A stretch of DNA of 64,000 nt, from assembly GCA_000004985.1 (NCBI GenBank), contig GG738873.1. One strand, 5' to 3'. Position numbers and translations under genes: made by a program. Source of the DNA: Naegleria gruberi (lineage: Eukaryota). The notes under the pieces were generated by a model, which was not told where the DNA came from, searched no databases, and was given only the letters and a program-made list of their open reading frames with translations. Shown here piece by piece: positions 43,948 to 56,342 of the stretch (the stretch's first letter is position 1; each line of letters begins with the position of its first letter).

Positions 43948-45855
43948 ATGTCATCAAAGTCGAAGAAGGGTAGTAGTTCCGGAGAAGAAACACTTACTCG
44001 TATTGCTATCGTTAGCGAAGATCGATGCAAACCAAAGAAGTGTTCTCAAGAATGTAAAAAATCATGTCCTGTTGTTCGTATTGGTAAACTCTGTATTGAA
44101 GTTAAACCAACCGATAAAATTGCCTTCTTATCTGAAGAATTGTGTGTTGGTTGTGGTATTTGCGTCAAGAAGTGTCCATTTGAAGCTATTCAAATTATCA
44201 ACTTGCCAAAGAACCTTGAAAAGGAAACCACTCACAGATATGGTCCAAACTCTTTCAAACTCCACAGATTGCCACTTCCACGTCCAGGACAAGTTCTTGG
44301 TTTAGTCGGAACCAATGGTATTGGTAAATCAACAGCTTTGAAGATTTTAGCTGGTAAGGAAAAGCCAAACTTGGGTCAATTTGCCAAGCCACCAGAATGG
44401 ACAGAAATCTTGGCCTATTTCCGTGGAAGTGAATTACAATCATATTTTACTAAACTTTTGGAAGATAACTTGAAGACTACTATGAAGCCACAATACGTCG
44501 ATCAAATTCCTCGTGCCGTCAAGGGTAAAGTTCTCCCTATGCTTAAGAGTAAGGATGAAAGAGAAGTTTTGCAAGATCAAATTGAAAAGCTTGATTTGGG
44601 AAGTGTTTTGGATAGAGAAATTGGTGACTTGTCTGGAGGTGAATTGCAACGTTTTGCTATTGCCATTGTCTGTGTTCGTAAAGCTGATGTTTACATGTTT
44701 GACGAACCATCATCATATTTGGATGTTAAACAAAGATTGCAAGCTGCTCAAGTTATTAGAGATCTTTTGAGTCACGACAACTATGTTATTGTCGTTGAAC
44801 ACGATTTGAGTATTTTGGATTATTTGAGTGACTTTATCTGTTGTTTATATGGTGTTCCTGGTGCTTATGGTGTTGTTACTATGCCTTTCTCTGTTAGAGA
44901 AGGTATTAACATTTTCTTGGCAGGTTTCGTTCCAACTGAAAACTTGCGTTTCAGAGAAGATGCTTTGAACTTCAAGGCCAGTGAAAATCTTGAAGAAATT
45001 GAAGAATCTGCCTCAAGAAAGACCTATTCTTATCCTGCTATGAAGAAGTCTTTCGGTAAGGCTTTCGAATTGAGCGTTTGCCCTGGTTCATTCTCTGCTT
45101 CTGAAATTGTTGTCTTGTTGGGTGAAAACGGTACTGGTAAAACTACTTTCATTAAGATGCTTGCTGGTAAGGAACAACCTGATGATCCTTCTGTCAATGT
45201 TCCTGAATTGAGTGTTTCATTCAAGCCTCAAACTATTGCTCCAAAGTATCCTGGTTCAGTTAAAGATTTATTGTTGACAAAGATTAGAGAAGCTTTCTCT
45301 CATCCTCAATTCAATGCTGATGTTTTGAAGCCAATGAGTATTGGTCACTTGATGGATCAAAGAGTTCAATTCTTGTCTGGTGGTGAATTGCAAAGAGTTG
45401 CCTTGGTTTTGGCTTTGGGTACTCCTGCTGATGTTTATTTGATTGATGAACCTAGTGCTTATTTGGATTCTGAACAACGTCTCCATGCTGCTAAGGTCAT
45501 TAAGAGATTCATTCTCCACACCAAGAAGACTGCTTTCATTGTAGAACACGACTTTATCATGGCTACTTATCTTGCTGATAGAGTTATTGTCTATGAAGGT
45601 GTTCCTTCAGTTAAGGCTCTTGCCAACTCTCCACAAGCTTTGCTCAGTGGTATGAACAAGTTCTTAAAGTCACTCAACATTACTTTCCGTCGTGATCCAA
45701 CCAACTATAGACCACGTATCAATAAGTTGAACTCTATGAAGGATAAGGAACAAAAAGAACAAGGAAATTATTTCTTCCTCGATGATGATGAAGATGAAGA
45801 AGAAAAGTCAAACAAGAAGAAGACTGAAAAGAAGAATACTGAAAAGAAGAAGTAA
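43948..45855 (+). CDS. abce1: ABCE1 (RNase L inhibitor / Rli1): N-terminal 4Fe-4S domains plus two ABC ATPase domains
   Basis: [24 protein letters not shown]…[12 protein letters not shown] (FeS clusters). Two Walker A sites ([24 protein letters not shown]). Signature motifs LSGGELQR ×2. K/E-rich tail. Confidence 0.9.
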   Translation: MSSKSKKGSSSGEETLTRIAIVSEDRCKPKKCSQECKKSCPVVRIGKLCIEVKPTDKIAFLSEELCVGCGICVKKCPFEAIQIINLPKNLEKETTHRYGPNSFKLHRLPLPRPGQVLGLVGTNGIGKSTALKILAGKEKPNLGQFAKPPEWTEILAYFRGSELQSYFTKLLEDNLKTTMKPQYVDQIPRAVKGKVLPMLKSKDEREVLQDQIEKLDLGSVLDREIGDLSGGELQRFAIAIVCVRKADVYMFDEPSSYLDVKQRLQAAQVIRDLLSHDNYVIVVEHDLSILDYLSDFICCLYGVPGAYGVVTMPFSVREGINIFLAGFVPTENLRFREDALNFKASENLEEIEESASRKTYSYPAMKKSFGKAFELSVCPGSFSASEIVVLLGENGTGKTTFIKMLAGKEQPDDPSVNVPELSVSFKPQTIAPKYPGSVKDLLLTKIREAFSHPQFNADVLKPMSIGHLMDQRVQFLSGGELQRVALVLALGTPADVYLIDEPSAYLDSEQRLHAAKVIKRFILHTKKTAFIVEHDFIMATYLADRVIVYEGVPSVKALANSPQALLSGMNKFLKSLNITFRRDPTNYRPRINKLNSMKDKEQKEQGNYFFLDDDEDEEEKSNKKKTEKKNTEKKK

Positions 45856-46354
45856 ATTAATTCCCTAATACTAATACCCAAACCAATTCCCTCCCAAAAT
45901 TTTGGTTCTCCCTCTTTAACAAATAGCTACTCTAGTAAACAATAATTATTTAATTCATATTCCAATTCTTTAAATCAATATTTCTGAACTACCTTATTCG
46001 AATCTAGATTAGGGATGTTGCTCTAACAAAAATTTGAATTGGTAATTTACAATAGTGGTGAACTTGTCTCTAAAAGGTTCTCAATAATTATTCAATTTCT
46101 TACCCCAGACCTCAATTTCTCTGCATAACCACAACAATAAAAAAATTAGCGAGAATTGAAGGTAGGTGTCAGCATAGAATGTTCCCATATTCATAACCAT
46201 CCTACTGTAACTGAATTATATTATCATCACAAATGTTATTAAAATAATACCGTCACCAACTTCATCATACTATTTGGTGTTTATCTGTCAATACAATGAA
46301 CGGAATATTTTAATGACCATTTTGGAATTATTGGATGAATTGATCACCATATAG

Positions 46355-47512
46355 ATGGGTTATGATTTAAAACTTATTAGTTGTTCTGCCAGTGAATCAA
46401 TTGCTGAGAATATTGCACAATATTTGGATGTCAAAATTTGTAAATCAAAGAAAGTCAAATTTGCTGATGGTATGTAAATATTCAAATAATCGGAATGAAA
46501 TTATAATACAAGGATTCAATTATAGGTGAATGTTATGTACAAATCAATGAAAATGTTCGTGGAAGGTAAATTTCAAAGATAACATTTTGCTAATAATTAT
46601 TTCAGTGATGCTTTTGTTGTTCAATCCATGTCTGATCCAGTTAATGATAATTTCATGGAAATGTTGTTGATGATTGATGCTTTGAAGAGATCTAGTGTGA
46701 ATAGAATTAATGTTGTCATTACTTATTATGCATATGCAAGACAAGACAGAAAGACCAAATCAAGAGTTCCAATTAGTGCAGCTCTTCTTGCTAAATTAAT
46801 TGAAGCAGCTGGTGCTGATCACGTAGTTTGTGTTGATTTGCATGCTGGACAAATTGAAGGATACTTTTCAATTCCAGTTGACAATGTCAGTGTTGGTCGT
46901 TCAGTTTTATCTGCATTGATTAGAAAAGTTCATGATTTGAGTCCAAAATTGACAATTGTTTCACCTGATGCTGCAGGTGGTAGTAGAGCTGATGTTCAAT
47001 TGCAATATGTTACAAAGCATTATGAAAAATTTGGAGATGCTCAAATTGCTGTCATGAACAAGTGGAAGAAGGCTAAATCTGCAACCAACACTGATTGTTG
47101 GAATGATTTCAAACCAGCTAGCTCTGCACCAAATACTTTGCCAACTAAGGATGATAAGTTACCATGGCTTATGGAACTTGTCGGTGAAGTTAATGGAAGA
47201 GATTGTATCATTGTTGATGATATTGTGGATACAGCTGGTACTTTGTGCAGTGCTGCCAAGTGTTTGAAGGAACAAGGAGCCACCAGAGTTTTTGCCTGCG
47301 TAACTCACGGATTGTTGAATGGACCTGCTCTTCAAAGAATTAACGATTCCCCAGATTTGGATATGCTTATCATTTCCAATACTGTTAATCAATCTGAAGA
47401 AGTATTAAGCAGTTCCAAGATTATGGTTGTGGATGTAAGTGAGGTTTTGGGTGAAACCATTCGTCGTATCCATAATGATGAATCTTTGAATAACATTTTA
47501 TTCCAGAAATAA
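46355..47512 (+). CDS. Ribose-phosphate pyrophosphokinase (PRPP synthetase), 3 exons
   Basis: Exon 1 is 46355-46469 (MGYDLKLISCSASESIAENIAQYLDVKICKSKKVKFADG|GTATGT). Exon 2 is 46526-46565 (GECYVQINENVRG, donor AG|GTAAAT). Exon 3 is 46606-47512 (…DAFVVQSMSDPVNDNFMEMLLMIDALKRSS…). PRPP-binding loop VDDIVDTAGTL. Confidence 0.8.
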
Positions 47513-49505
47513 ACAACATATTTATTAAACAGAAGGATTGCAGAAGAAGTAGAATTGTTGAATCATGATAATATACTCGATATAACCAACTTGAAAAAGT
47601 AGTGTTAATATTAAATTTTGAATTGAAATAGCTCAACTTACCAAAAGATGCACCAATAAGCGGAATTCTCTTGAATATTGGTAAAAGGATTGACTTTAAG
47701 ATTCTTTCCATTACAATTTCAAATAATGGTCCTCTGTACAAATAATGGGAAAGACTGCTTGTTCTTCTATTCAATTCCTCCTCAATTGTTGACCCAACTT
47801 CAGGTGGAACAGAAGGAGATTTTTCTTTAATATCTTTCTTTACAATTCTGATAGCTCTTCTTGTCAAATAAATAGATGCAAGCTCGATGATTAGAGACAC
47901 AATAAATGGTATCCATGATTTAAATCCATACTTGGAAAGAAGGTAGGCTAGAATATTTTAGAATTTCCAATATTCAAACTAGTGTGAAAAACTTACAATA
48001 AACTACTGGCCTTAATGAATACAAGGTATCTGATATGTACATGAGAATTTTACCAAGTGAACCCTTCAATTCTTCAGTTTGTGGGGAAAGTAACATGAAT
48101 TTATCTCCATCAATATTTAATCCTAATTGTTCTCCCAATTGAGACGTGGTTGGTACATCATCATTTCCACTCTTTAGCATTGCCATTAATTGATCAGATG
48201 AAGGAATTTGTCTTCCACTCCTCGAGCCAACCTTTGGTTTGGCTTGATTTTTATAATTATTTGCAAACTTTTCCATAGAAGCAGATTCCTTGTCAAATGG
48301 GGAATACTTTGGAACTACTGGAAGGAAAGATGCCATTGGAATATTACTGGCCTGTTCATCAGGTGGTAGGATGTTATAATTGAGGAAGAGTGGAGTGTTG
48401 GTTTTGGATTTAGAGGTTGCAAATAATTTAATGATTGCTCTATTTTGGTTAGTAATAGAATTTTGAAAACTTACTTGACAACTTCAGTCATAATTAACAA
48501 ATTCCAATAATTCTTTTTACCATTCTCTCCATATGTTGATCTCTTTTTGAAAATAATTTCAACAAGTAGAATGAAACACTCGAGTAATCTTAAATATTGA
48601 CCTGCTCTGTGATATGGTGAAAATCTATCATCTGATTGAATTCTCTTATTTTGCAACTTGTGCTTATCAGAGACGTAGTCTTGATACCATCCAATTACAG
48701 AAATCACAGTTGAAATCTTTTCAGTTTCATAAATATCATTCAAGAGTGACAAAGTTTCAGAACTTTCATTTTCAACGTCAACATCTGTTCTTGTTTTACT
48801 TCCCAGATACATTAAATTACCAAGACTTTTCATCATTTCAATTCTTCCCTTATTACTAATAATTAACTTTTCGAAAAAGTTCAAAATTTTAGATGGTACA
48901 CTTGTCAATGTAAATTCAGAATCATTCTTGTCATTTTCCAATGATGCTTGTTCATTACTTCTATTTTCTTGAATTGTGGAATTTCTTTCATTTCCTCTTC
49001 TGACAGGTTCTTCCTCTTCAATTGTTAATTCCTCAAATCTTGGAGTTTTAACAGGCTTTTCATAAATTTTAGGTGTTGATGCTTGTGTAGTATTTGGTGT
49101 TTTTAAATCCTCTTCTTTAATTTCATCACTAACATTAGGCTTTTTCAATTCATCATCACTATTAATTTCCTCCTTTTCATCATCAATTGTAAATATATTT
49201 GTTGGTTCGCATTGTTCATCGTCATCAATCTCAACTCTATTAAATTGTTGTTCTTGCTCTCGTTGATTATCCACAATTACCAAAGGCTCTGATGATGAGG
49301 AAGGAAGAGTTTCATCTTTCTCCGAGGCTTTATCAAGGATATTTGTTATTGTATGTTGCATCAGTGAATTAGCATCATCATTACTATTATTATTAGCCTC
49401 TTGAAAATCATCATCATTAATTGTCAGTCCGACCGAGATGTGATGATCATCAGCAGTTGCCAAAAGATTTACTTTAATTTTCCTTTGAGTTGTTTGCGTT
49501 GACAT
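47421..49505 (-). CDS. pex16: PEX16-like peroxisomal membrane protein with a long acidic N-terminal extension; 3 coding blocks, exact exon boundaries uncertain
   Basis: QYLRLLECFILLVEIIF resembles human PEX16 LTWLSVLECVEVFMEM. ELASIYLTRRAIRIVKK…YLYRGPLFEIVMERILKSILLPIF resembles PEX16 LTRRERRELRRR…[21 protein letters not shown]. The 3' block overlaps the 3' end of the convergent PRPS gene, so the true stop is probably upstream of 47421. Confidence 0.45.
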
Positions 49506-49661
49506 TTTTTTCTCCTATTATTTTATTAAATACTGTAATTTTCCTATTTAAAATCATGTATTGGATATTATTACAAATTTATTTAAAATTATTATCTTGT
49601 TAATATAAAAGATTAAATACTATTGAATAAGAACAATAAGAGAAATCAATATTTAAAAAAA

Positions 49662-50423
49662 ATGACTCAACAACCAATTCAATCTCGTCCTATTTTATAT
49701 CTAGTAGGTGATTCCCTCACTGAATATTCAACAAAGCCTGAAGGTCTTCATTCCCGATTATTAAATTGGATGAACATTAAAGTAGATATTATTAATAGAG
49801 GTTATTCAGGCTGGAATACTGATTTGATGAGATTGGCCTTGGAAAAACATTTTGATCAGAGTTTCAATTTATCTAATTCGGAAGATTATAATATTTGTGT
49901 TTTTATTTGTTTGGGAGCTAATGATGCTTCTAGTGCTGAATTACCACTTCCTAGACAACATGTTCCATTGGAGAGATTTGGAGAGAATTTGAAAAAGATT
50001 ATTGAAATGTTGAAGAGTGGATTGAAATGTAAAAAGTTGGATGTCTTGTTGTGCACTCCTCCACCGGTTAATACTCAACAATATGCTGAATTTGTGAAAA
50101 AGTCTTATAATATGGATGTACTTGTGAGAAGTAGGGAGTTGGTAGCTCCATATGCCGAAAGTGTTAGAAATATTGTGAAAGAGTCTGTATCAGATGATAA
50201 GTTTAAGGTTCATTTGGTGGATTTGTGGACACACGATTGGGAATCTGAAGAATGCTTTACGGATGGTTTACATTTCAATTCTAAGGGATATGAAATCATG
50301 TTCGAAAGTTTGAAACAAACAATTAAGAGCAGTGTTCCTAATTTCAACGGTGACTCAATGCCATTTTCTCATATGTATTGGAGAGATTATCTTGATTATT
50401 ATTCTAAACAAGATTCACAATAA
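49662..50423 (+). CDS. SGNH/GDSL hydrolase, IAH1 (isoamyl acetate-hydrolysing esterase)-like
   Basis: A-rich Kozak ATG. Block I LYLVGDSLTE (catalytic Ser), block II RGYSGWN, block III LGANDA, block V DGLHFNSKGY. Confidence 0.7.
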   Translation: MTQQPIQSRPILYLVGDSLTEYSTKPEGLHSRLLNWMNIKVDIINRGYSGWNTDLMRLALEKHFDQSFNLSNSEDYNICVFICLGANDASSAELPLPRQHVPLERFGENLKKIIEMLKSGLKCKKLDVLLCTPPPVNTQQYAEFVKKSYNMDVLVRSRELVAPYAESVRNIVKESVSDDKFKVHLVDLWTHDWESEECFTDGLHFNSKGYEIMFESLKQTIKSSVPNFNGDSMPFSHMYWRDYLDYYSKQDSQ

Positions 50424-50760
50424 TTCAAAATATTGATATTATAATGTGAGCATATCTTGCTAATTGATCATCCTTATTGAAACCAACAACTTGGAAGGAT
50501 ATTGACTTTACTAAACTCAAAAGATAATGTTACAATCTCATTCGTGTCGCAACCTTTTTCTGGATGATACATTCACCCGCTCATTAATTAGCAGCATTGA
50601 CGTATCTTCATCCAAACATGGGATCACTATTCAGCGTGATAGCTTTTTATCCGTTCTCCAAAAACCTATGTTAAATTCTTATTGGTTATGCTCTCCTTGT
50701 GTTCTCCACCGTGATAGTGTCAAGAATTGAGAATGAATTGAATATTTATCTTTAAAAAAA

Positions 50761-51817
50761 ATGACAAAGGGAGGTCAACTTGGATTTGCTTTGATATGTT
50801 TGTTTTCATTGTGTCTATTGTTGCATGTTGAGCATGTTTGGATGTCTCGTCCTAATTGTGCCTCAACAATCAGCACGACCAGTGCCAAAACAAGTGATTC
50901 ATTTAAGAAGAACACTCTCCAAATGCATGCAACTGAAGAAGAAGATTTTGAAATGATGCATGCAGTTACTGTCTTGGGCAGAGGGGGTGGTCGTGGTGGC
51001 AGAGGTGGCAGAGGTGGCCGTAGTGGTCGTGGAGGTACGAGGAGGTAAGGGAGGTAGAGGTGGATCTGCAGGTCGTGGAGGTAGAGGAGGTAGAGGAGGT
51101 CGTGGAGGCAGAGGTGGAAAAGGTGGAAAAGGTGGACGTGGAGGTAAAGGTGGTAAAGGTCGTGGACGTGGTGGAAGAGCTGGAAAATCAGGTAAAGGTG
51201 CAAAAGGTTCTAAAGGAGCCAAATCATCTACTGCCAAGTCAACCAAAGCCAGCAAAGCCCAAGGAAGAAGATCTAAAACATCCGTTTCAGCTTCTCGTTT
51301 GGGAACAGCAACTGGATTCACCTCCATCTCCTCTATCAGTCAAGTTAAAGAGCAAAAGGAGACCAGTAGAACTGGAACTAAATCAGAATCAGGAGGTTTA
51401 CGTTTCTCTAATGCTGCATTGTTGACAGCATTGAATTCTCCTGCACTATTTAATGGTATTCTTGGACCTACTTCATTGGATTTACCACAAGTTCAATTCA
51501 CATCATATTCTAATACAACATGTGTTGCATGTCAAGTTGAATGTAAAAAGAAGTGGAATGGTTTGGGACATAGATCTCTCTTTACAACATGCAAACATGA
51601 ATTTTTCTATTATGGATGTGAGAAGGCAACACCATGTTTGAGAACTAATAGTGCAACCACAAAAGAAACAGAATCGATGATTGCCATCTGTCTACACAGA
51701 AATGAATGCACATTGGAACCAAGTATTACTTTGGAATATTCTCAAAGATACAAGAATAGTGCTCTTTCAAAGATGATTGCAGATATTGCAACTTCCAATC
51801 AAGATCCAAGAAATTAA
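50761..51817 (+). CDS. Secreted protein with a long GRGG/GKGG repeat tract and a Cys-containing C-terminal domain. Two ORFs separated by an apparent 1-nt insertion in the repeat
   Basis: Signal peptide MTKGGQLGFALICLFSLCLLLHVEHV. The repeat ggtcgtggaggtAcgaggagg deviates from the surrounding ggaggtagaggaggt unit by one extra c (~51038). Removing it fuses the 50761 and 50960 frames into one protein. Confidence 0.5.
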
Positions 51818-52106
51818 ACTTGTTTTTTACTTGGAAATTGATTAATATTGTATTCTATTGTATGCAAAGTTATCAGATCAATTCATAAGATCAAATAAGA
51901 TTCCAATAACACAGACGATATAGCAAGTGTTTCTCAGAAAGTAACGAAATGAAGAAACTTGATTGTTAAAAGGAATGAGTGAAGTTGCTGATTTCAATTT
52001 AGACGATTCGTTCTCTAGAAATGACTCTTCGAATATAATGAGACAGTGAACAAATCACTTTTCAAAAGAAACTTAACAGAAAAGAAATGGCTCAACACAT
52101 CTGGCA

Positions 52107-52201
52107 NNNNNNNNNNNNNNNNNNNNNNNNNNNNNNNNNNNNNNNNNNNNNNNNNNNNNNNNNNNNNNNNNNNNNNNNNNNNNNNNNNNNNNNNNNNNNN
52201 N
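52107..52201. other. Assembly gap (run of N); a single ambiguous base also at ~52276
   Basis: ~95 consecutive n characters. Indicates a draft scaffold join. Confidence 0.95.
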
Positions 52202-52329
52202 TTATTTGACAGCTGTCATGTGGAAAGATGTTGCTAATGAATACAAGTTAAAATCAACAGGAGATTTAAATACANCTTCTCAAACAACAACATGATCTAA
52301 ATATTGCCTACATTCCTACTAATTCGAAA

Positions 52330-54219
52330 ATGTCAGAATTATGGACAAGTGTCAGTTCAGAATTTTATAAAGCAAAGATGGTGAATTTTTATGTGTTTGT
52401 TCGAGGTTATGGGCAAAGATTTCACATTCTTGAAGATTTTGATATCATCATCACGTCCAGAAACTTGTTTTTGGAAAAGTTTAGATACTACCAGAAGGGT
52501 AGTGGAAAGAGAACTGAGAAGGGTCATTTATTCGAAACTTCTGACTTTGAATTTATAAATGTTCACCCATTTTCCGTTTACCAGGTGGATGAGGCTGCAA
52601 CTGGCTTGAATTTGAGTGTTATAGTTGCTAAACCATCATGTGAATCATCAACTCTTCTTTCGTTTGATTACGAACCTTCACTTTTCAACTCATGGCAAAT
52701 AATGAATTTGACAGAAGGGAAAATGATTTGTGATTACGACATGGAGTGCTTGAAAAGATATAACAAGATCGAGTTTAAATTGATATCTATGGTACGTTGG
52801 TGATTTATTTCTAACAATCAAAAGGTGAATCAACAAATTATTCGAAATGAAATTTCATCAGTCTACGGATTGACCAGTAATTCCTCAATTTCCCAATTAG
52901 AATCTCTTTACCTTCCACCATCATGCCACAATTGTCAAAATGAATATTGTGCCGATCTCATCTTTAACGATTTCGAATATTGGTTAATTCCACAAACTTT
53001 AATTGTAATCATTCATTTTCTTTTCCTTTTTTGTACTGGAGCATTGAAACAGCCATCAGTCAAGAGAAGATTATTCACGCCCTATTTACCAATCACTATT
53101 TTATATATCGAGTTGGCTATTTCTGATTTGTTTTGGCCAATTTGCAATCAATTGTTGACAAGTATTGGAATTATTGTTAATTTTTGCATTCTAGTTCATT
53201 TGTTTACCTATTTAAGGTTATATTATTTGAGGAATTTGTATGGAGTATTTTCATTATCAAAGAATATCAATTCTAAACTGTCAGGATTAGGTGGTATAAT
53301 TCCTGGAATGTTAGTTACATTAATTTTACCATTTTTCTTAAGTTTTTTGGTTTCTGTTCCATATATTGCAATCTATTTCATGGTTAATTTGGCTCTCAAT
53401 TTAGTATTCAACATTATTCTTGGCATTTCACTTGGTGTTGCCTGCATCATTGGATTTATTGTAATCTTAATTGACTTGGTTCTCAATAGGAAGAAGTGGA
53501 AAGAGAAGGGTTTGAGATATATGCTTTTCTTTGACGATCCATTCCTCATTAGAATTGACATGACCTTGTTAACAATTAATTTGATTTTTATCATTTTGAT
53601 TGCATCGGTAGGAGCTGTCTATCGACATGCTTCATACTTTTTCAGAGTGATGGTTTTTATGATATTTTGTTTGGTGAGTGGTGGAAGTTGTGTGATTAAA
53701 TTATTGGTTGAAAAGATGAGAGGAAATTCGAGGGATCACCAGGGAGAGGAGGATGTGATTGACACCTATCTGAAACATGATGATTTTAAGATGCTGTTTA
53801 GGGAATATTGTGTGAAGGAGTTGTCGTTGGAGAATTTTAATTTTTATATCATGTTAATTGATTTGAAAGCAAAGGCAAATAGGAGGTTGACCACTGAGAT
53901 GATGGATACTATTCAGAAAGAGTATTTGTCATCTTCAGCTATGTTCGAATTGAATATTTCAAGTCAGTGTAGACAATCTTTTTTCTTATTAAGGAAAAAT
54001 CTCGAAAAGCAAATTGCCAATTTAGAATTATCATCTAATAAGGATATGGCCTCTGATTCTGGTGAATCTCCATGTTTGAGAATTCATGATTTAATTTTAT
54101 TGTTCGAATATGAAGTGTTAACAAATCTCAAAGATACATTCTCAAGAATGGAGAAAACAAGTGAATTCAGAACATGGCTTCATACTCTCAAAATTCAAAA
54201 ACAAAACAACATTTGTTAA
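52330..54219 (+). CDS. Seven-transmembrane protein with a C-terminal RGS (regulator of G-protein signalling) domain, AtRGS1-like architecture; 2 exons joined by a 33-nt intron
   Basis: Exon 1 ends ATG|GTACGT (~52793). Acceptor …caatcaaaag|GTG AAT at ~52827 keeps the frame. Seven hydrophobic helices lie between ~LIPQTLIVIIHFLFLF and ~FFRVMVFMIFCLVSGG. The RGS-like box is …FKMLFREYCVKELSLENFNFYIMLIDLK…. The N-terminal 157 aa lack a signal peptide and the gene abuts the N-gap, so the 5' end may be incomplete. Confidence 0.55.
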
Positions 54220-54390
54220 CAAATATCTGTTCTCTTTTTCAAATCTGAAACTCAAATAGGATTTAATTACTAAATGAGAAAGTAAACTATAAACATCCTC
54301 AATTAAGGAAGTTTGAATTAAATATCTAATAGATACAGCCTTAATAATGGAGAACAATTCTCAGAACATGATTCAAAAACAGTGTTAACT

Positions 54391-55830
54391 TTATTGTTGC
54401 TTTTGCTTCTTACACAGTTGCATTATAGCTTGACTTAGATCTGAGATCATATTGTTTTGAGCTTCTACTAGTTGGTAAAGTTTGGAAATATCTGAACTAT
54501 TCTTCTCAATTAGAAGAGTCAAACTCCTTATTCTACTATCCTCGCTTATCTTTCTCTTTCTATATGGTAAATCACTAGTAATACAATCAATATGTGGAAG
54601 GGAAGAATCTTTCATTGGAGAAGTGGCACTTTCTTGTTGAGGAACTGGAGGACTTGACAATGTTAAATCAGCAAAGCTGGGCAATCTTTCTTTCACAATA
54701 CTCGATGCAACATTAGCGAGGGAGGAGAGAGGATCAGAGGAACTTTGGTTAGTGCTGGAGATTGGAGATTGAATGATTGCTTTTTGCTTTAGTGAAGGTG
54801 GTATGGTAATAACTTCATCTTCAATGACGTTGGAAAGTGTGCTTATTTCTTGCTCACCTCCTTCATCAGATGGTGAATCATTCGATGAGGTGGTAGAATG
54901 AGATTGATGTACAATTTCAGATTGCTTGGATGCAGATGATGGCTCTTTTCTTCTCTTTGCCATGTCCAACATCATCTGACCTCTACTTCTTGATCTTACC
55001 CAGAAAGAATCAGAAACACATATTAGTTTGTTATTCGAATCATAGATATCAATGTATGCCACCCTACTACTTGTATTACCCTTCATGTTATTGATTTTAG
55101 ACACTACTTGAAACTCGACGACATGTTTTCTTGTTTTTGGATCAAACGTGAAGAATGCTTCAGTCACAACTTTTCCCCCAGCAGAATCTTTCAACTTGAG
55201 AAAGCTCTTACAATTCTCAAAGTCATTACCTTCAATCACAAGATAATCCTTGATGCTACAATTATGAGTTGTTGAGTGTGGATGTTTAGTTTTTGGATCA
55301 TTCAATCTCCATCCTTCTCTACACTCAAAAACAACAGCATGCTGTTGTTGAGCACCATTCACAAAGTGAAGACAAGGCTTAGAAATGGGAAATGATGAAA
55401 GGGAATCATTGGTAGTCTTTGGGAGAAGAGTTTGTGATTGGTAAGGTGATTGGTTAGTATTTACATTATCAAGCAAATTCATTTCAGTGATGGAGGTAGT
55501 GGTGATGGTCTGAGGAGATGATAAATGATTGGATGGATATTGATCGTCGGAATCAGTTAATGTACAAGATCCTGAAGAAATCACTTGAAAACTTCTATTC
55601 GATTCTGATGGTAACAATGTTGAATTGAGAAAGCCTTTGTTATTTAACAAGGATTCTTGCTTAATATTTGATTGATTGTTGGAACAACTTGTATCACTAC
55701 TAATAGAAGTATTATTACTATTACTACTACTACTATTCAACAGCAGCCGAGGCTTCGTTGCAGGTGGTGTTGTTGTGTTGGTGGTGGTGGTGTAACTTGA
55801 ACGAGGACTGTTTTCAGCAGAGGTGACCAT
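54391..55830 (-). CDS. Ser/Thr/Asn-rich hypothetical protein with a central globular domain and a C-terminal coiled-coil/zipper-like segment
   Basis: 479-aa ORF. Central block CLHFVNGAQQQHAVVFECREGWRLNDPK…FFTFDPKTRKHVVEFQVVSKINN…VAYIDIYDSNNKLICVSDSFWVRSRS looks like a β-sandwich DNA-binding-type fold, but I cannot assign a family. Confidence 0.4.
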   Translation of the reverse strand: MVTSAENSPRSSYTTTTNTTTPPATKPRLLLNSSSSNSNNTSISSDTSCSNNQSNIKQESLLNNKGFLNSTLLPSESNRSFQVISSGSCTLTDSDDQYPSNHLSSPQTITTTSITEMNLLDNVNTNQSPYQSQTLLPKTTNDSLSSFPISKPCLHFVNGAQQQHAVVFECREGWRLNDPKTKHPHSTTHNCSIKDYLVIEGNDFENCKSFLKLKDSAGGKVVTEAFFTFDPKTRKHVVEFQVVSKINNMKGNTSSRVAYIDIYDSNNKLICVSDSFWVRSRSRGQMMLDMAKRRKEPSSASKQSEIVHQSHSTTSSNDSPSDEGGEQEISTLSNVIEDEVITIPPSLKQKAIIQSPISSTNQSSSDPLSSLANVASSIVKERLPSFADLTLSSPPVPQQESATSPMKDSSLPHIDCITSDLPYRKRKISEDSRIRSLTLLIEKNSSDISKLYQLVEAQNNMISDLSQAIMQLCKKQKQQ

Positions 55831-56342
55831 TCAAGCCTTTTCTTGAAACCTTTGGCTTTTGCGCTTTTTTTTTTAACTGAAATTACTTCAAAAACAATGC
55901 TCGGATTCATCAATTCCGTTCTAGAGCAAAGAATTTTCCATCCATCATCACTCTAGCAGCATGAATTGATTGAAAATTGTACTTGCAATGAAATAAATAG
56001 AAATCGGTTTGTTTTTGATGGAGGTTGGTAATGAAAATGTTGTATGGAGCAGAATGAGGTTGAACCTCTTGATGATGACGACAGCACACGTGTGTTTTTT
56101 ATGGTAAATCAATCTGTTATGGATATTTGAAAGTTTAGGAAGAATCGATATCGTTTCGAAACTGATTGAATCACAATAAATACCAGTTAAATGCATTTTA
56201 ACATGGGAAGCCAATAAGAGACATCATCATCATTGAAAATAATGAAAATAACACCTTTCAATTTTCATCATCGGAGCAAAAATAATAAAAATTAAATAAT
56301 ATTCGTGATGAGCTAAAAATCAAGTTGTTTGATGAAAAAAAA

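Noticed and set aside
43948-45855. Five nested ORFs inside ABCE1 (44003..44305, 44255..44443, 44440..44649, 44513..44770, 45030..45549)
   Set aside because: Alternative-frame ORFs within a highly conserved single-exon gene.
50775-51327. Two minus-strand ORFs (142 aa each) encoding Pro/Leu-rich repeats (PLPPLPPRPP…)
   Set aside because: They are the reverse complement of the GRGG/GKGG repeat tract of the plus-strand gene. They stay open only because the repeat lacks stop codons on the other strand.
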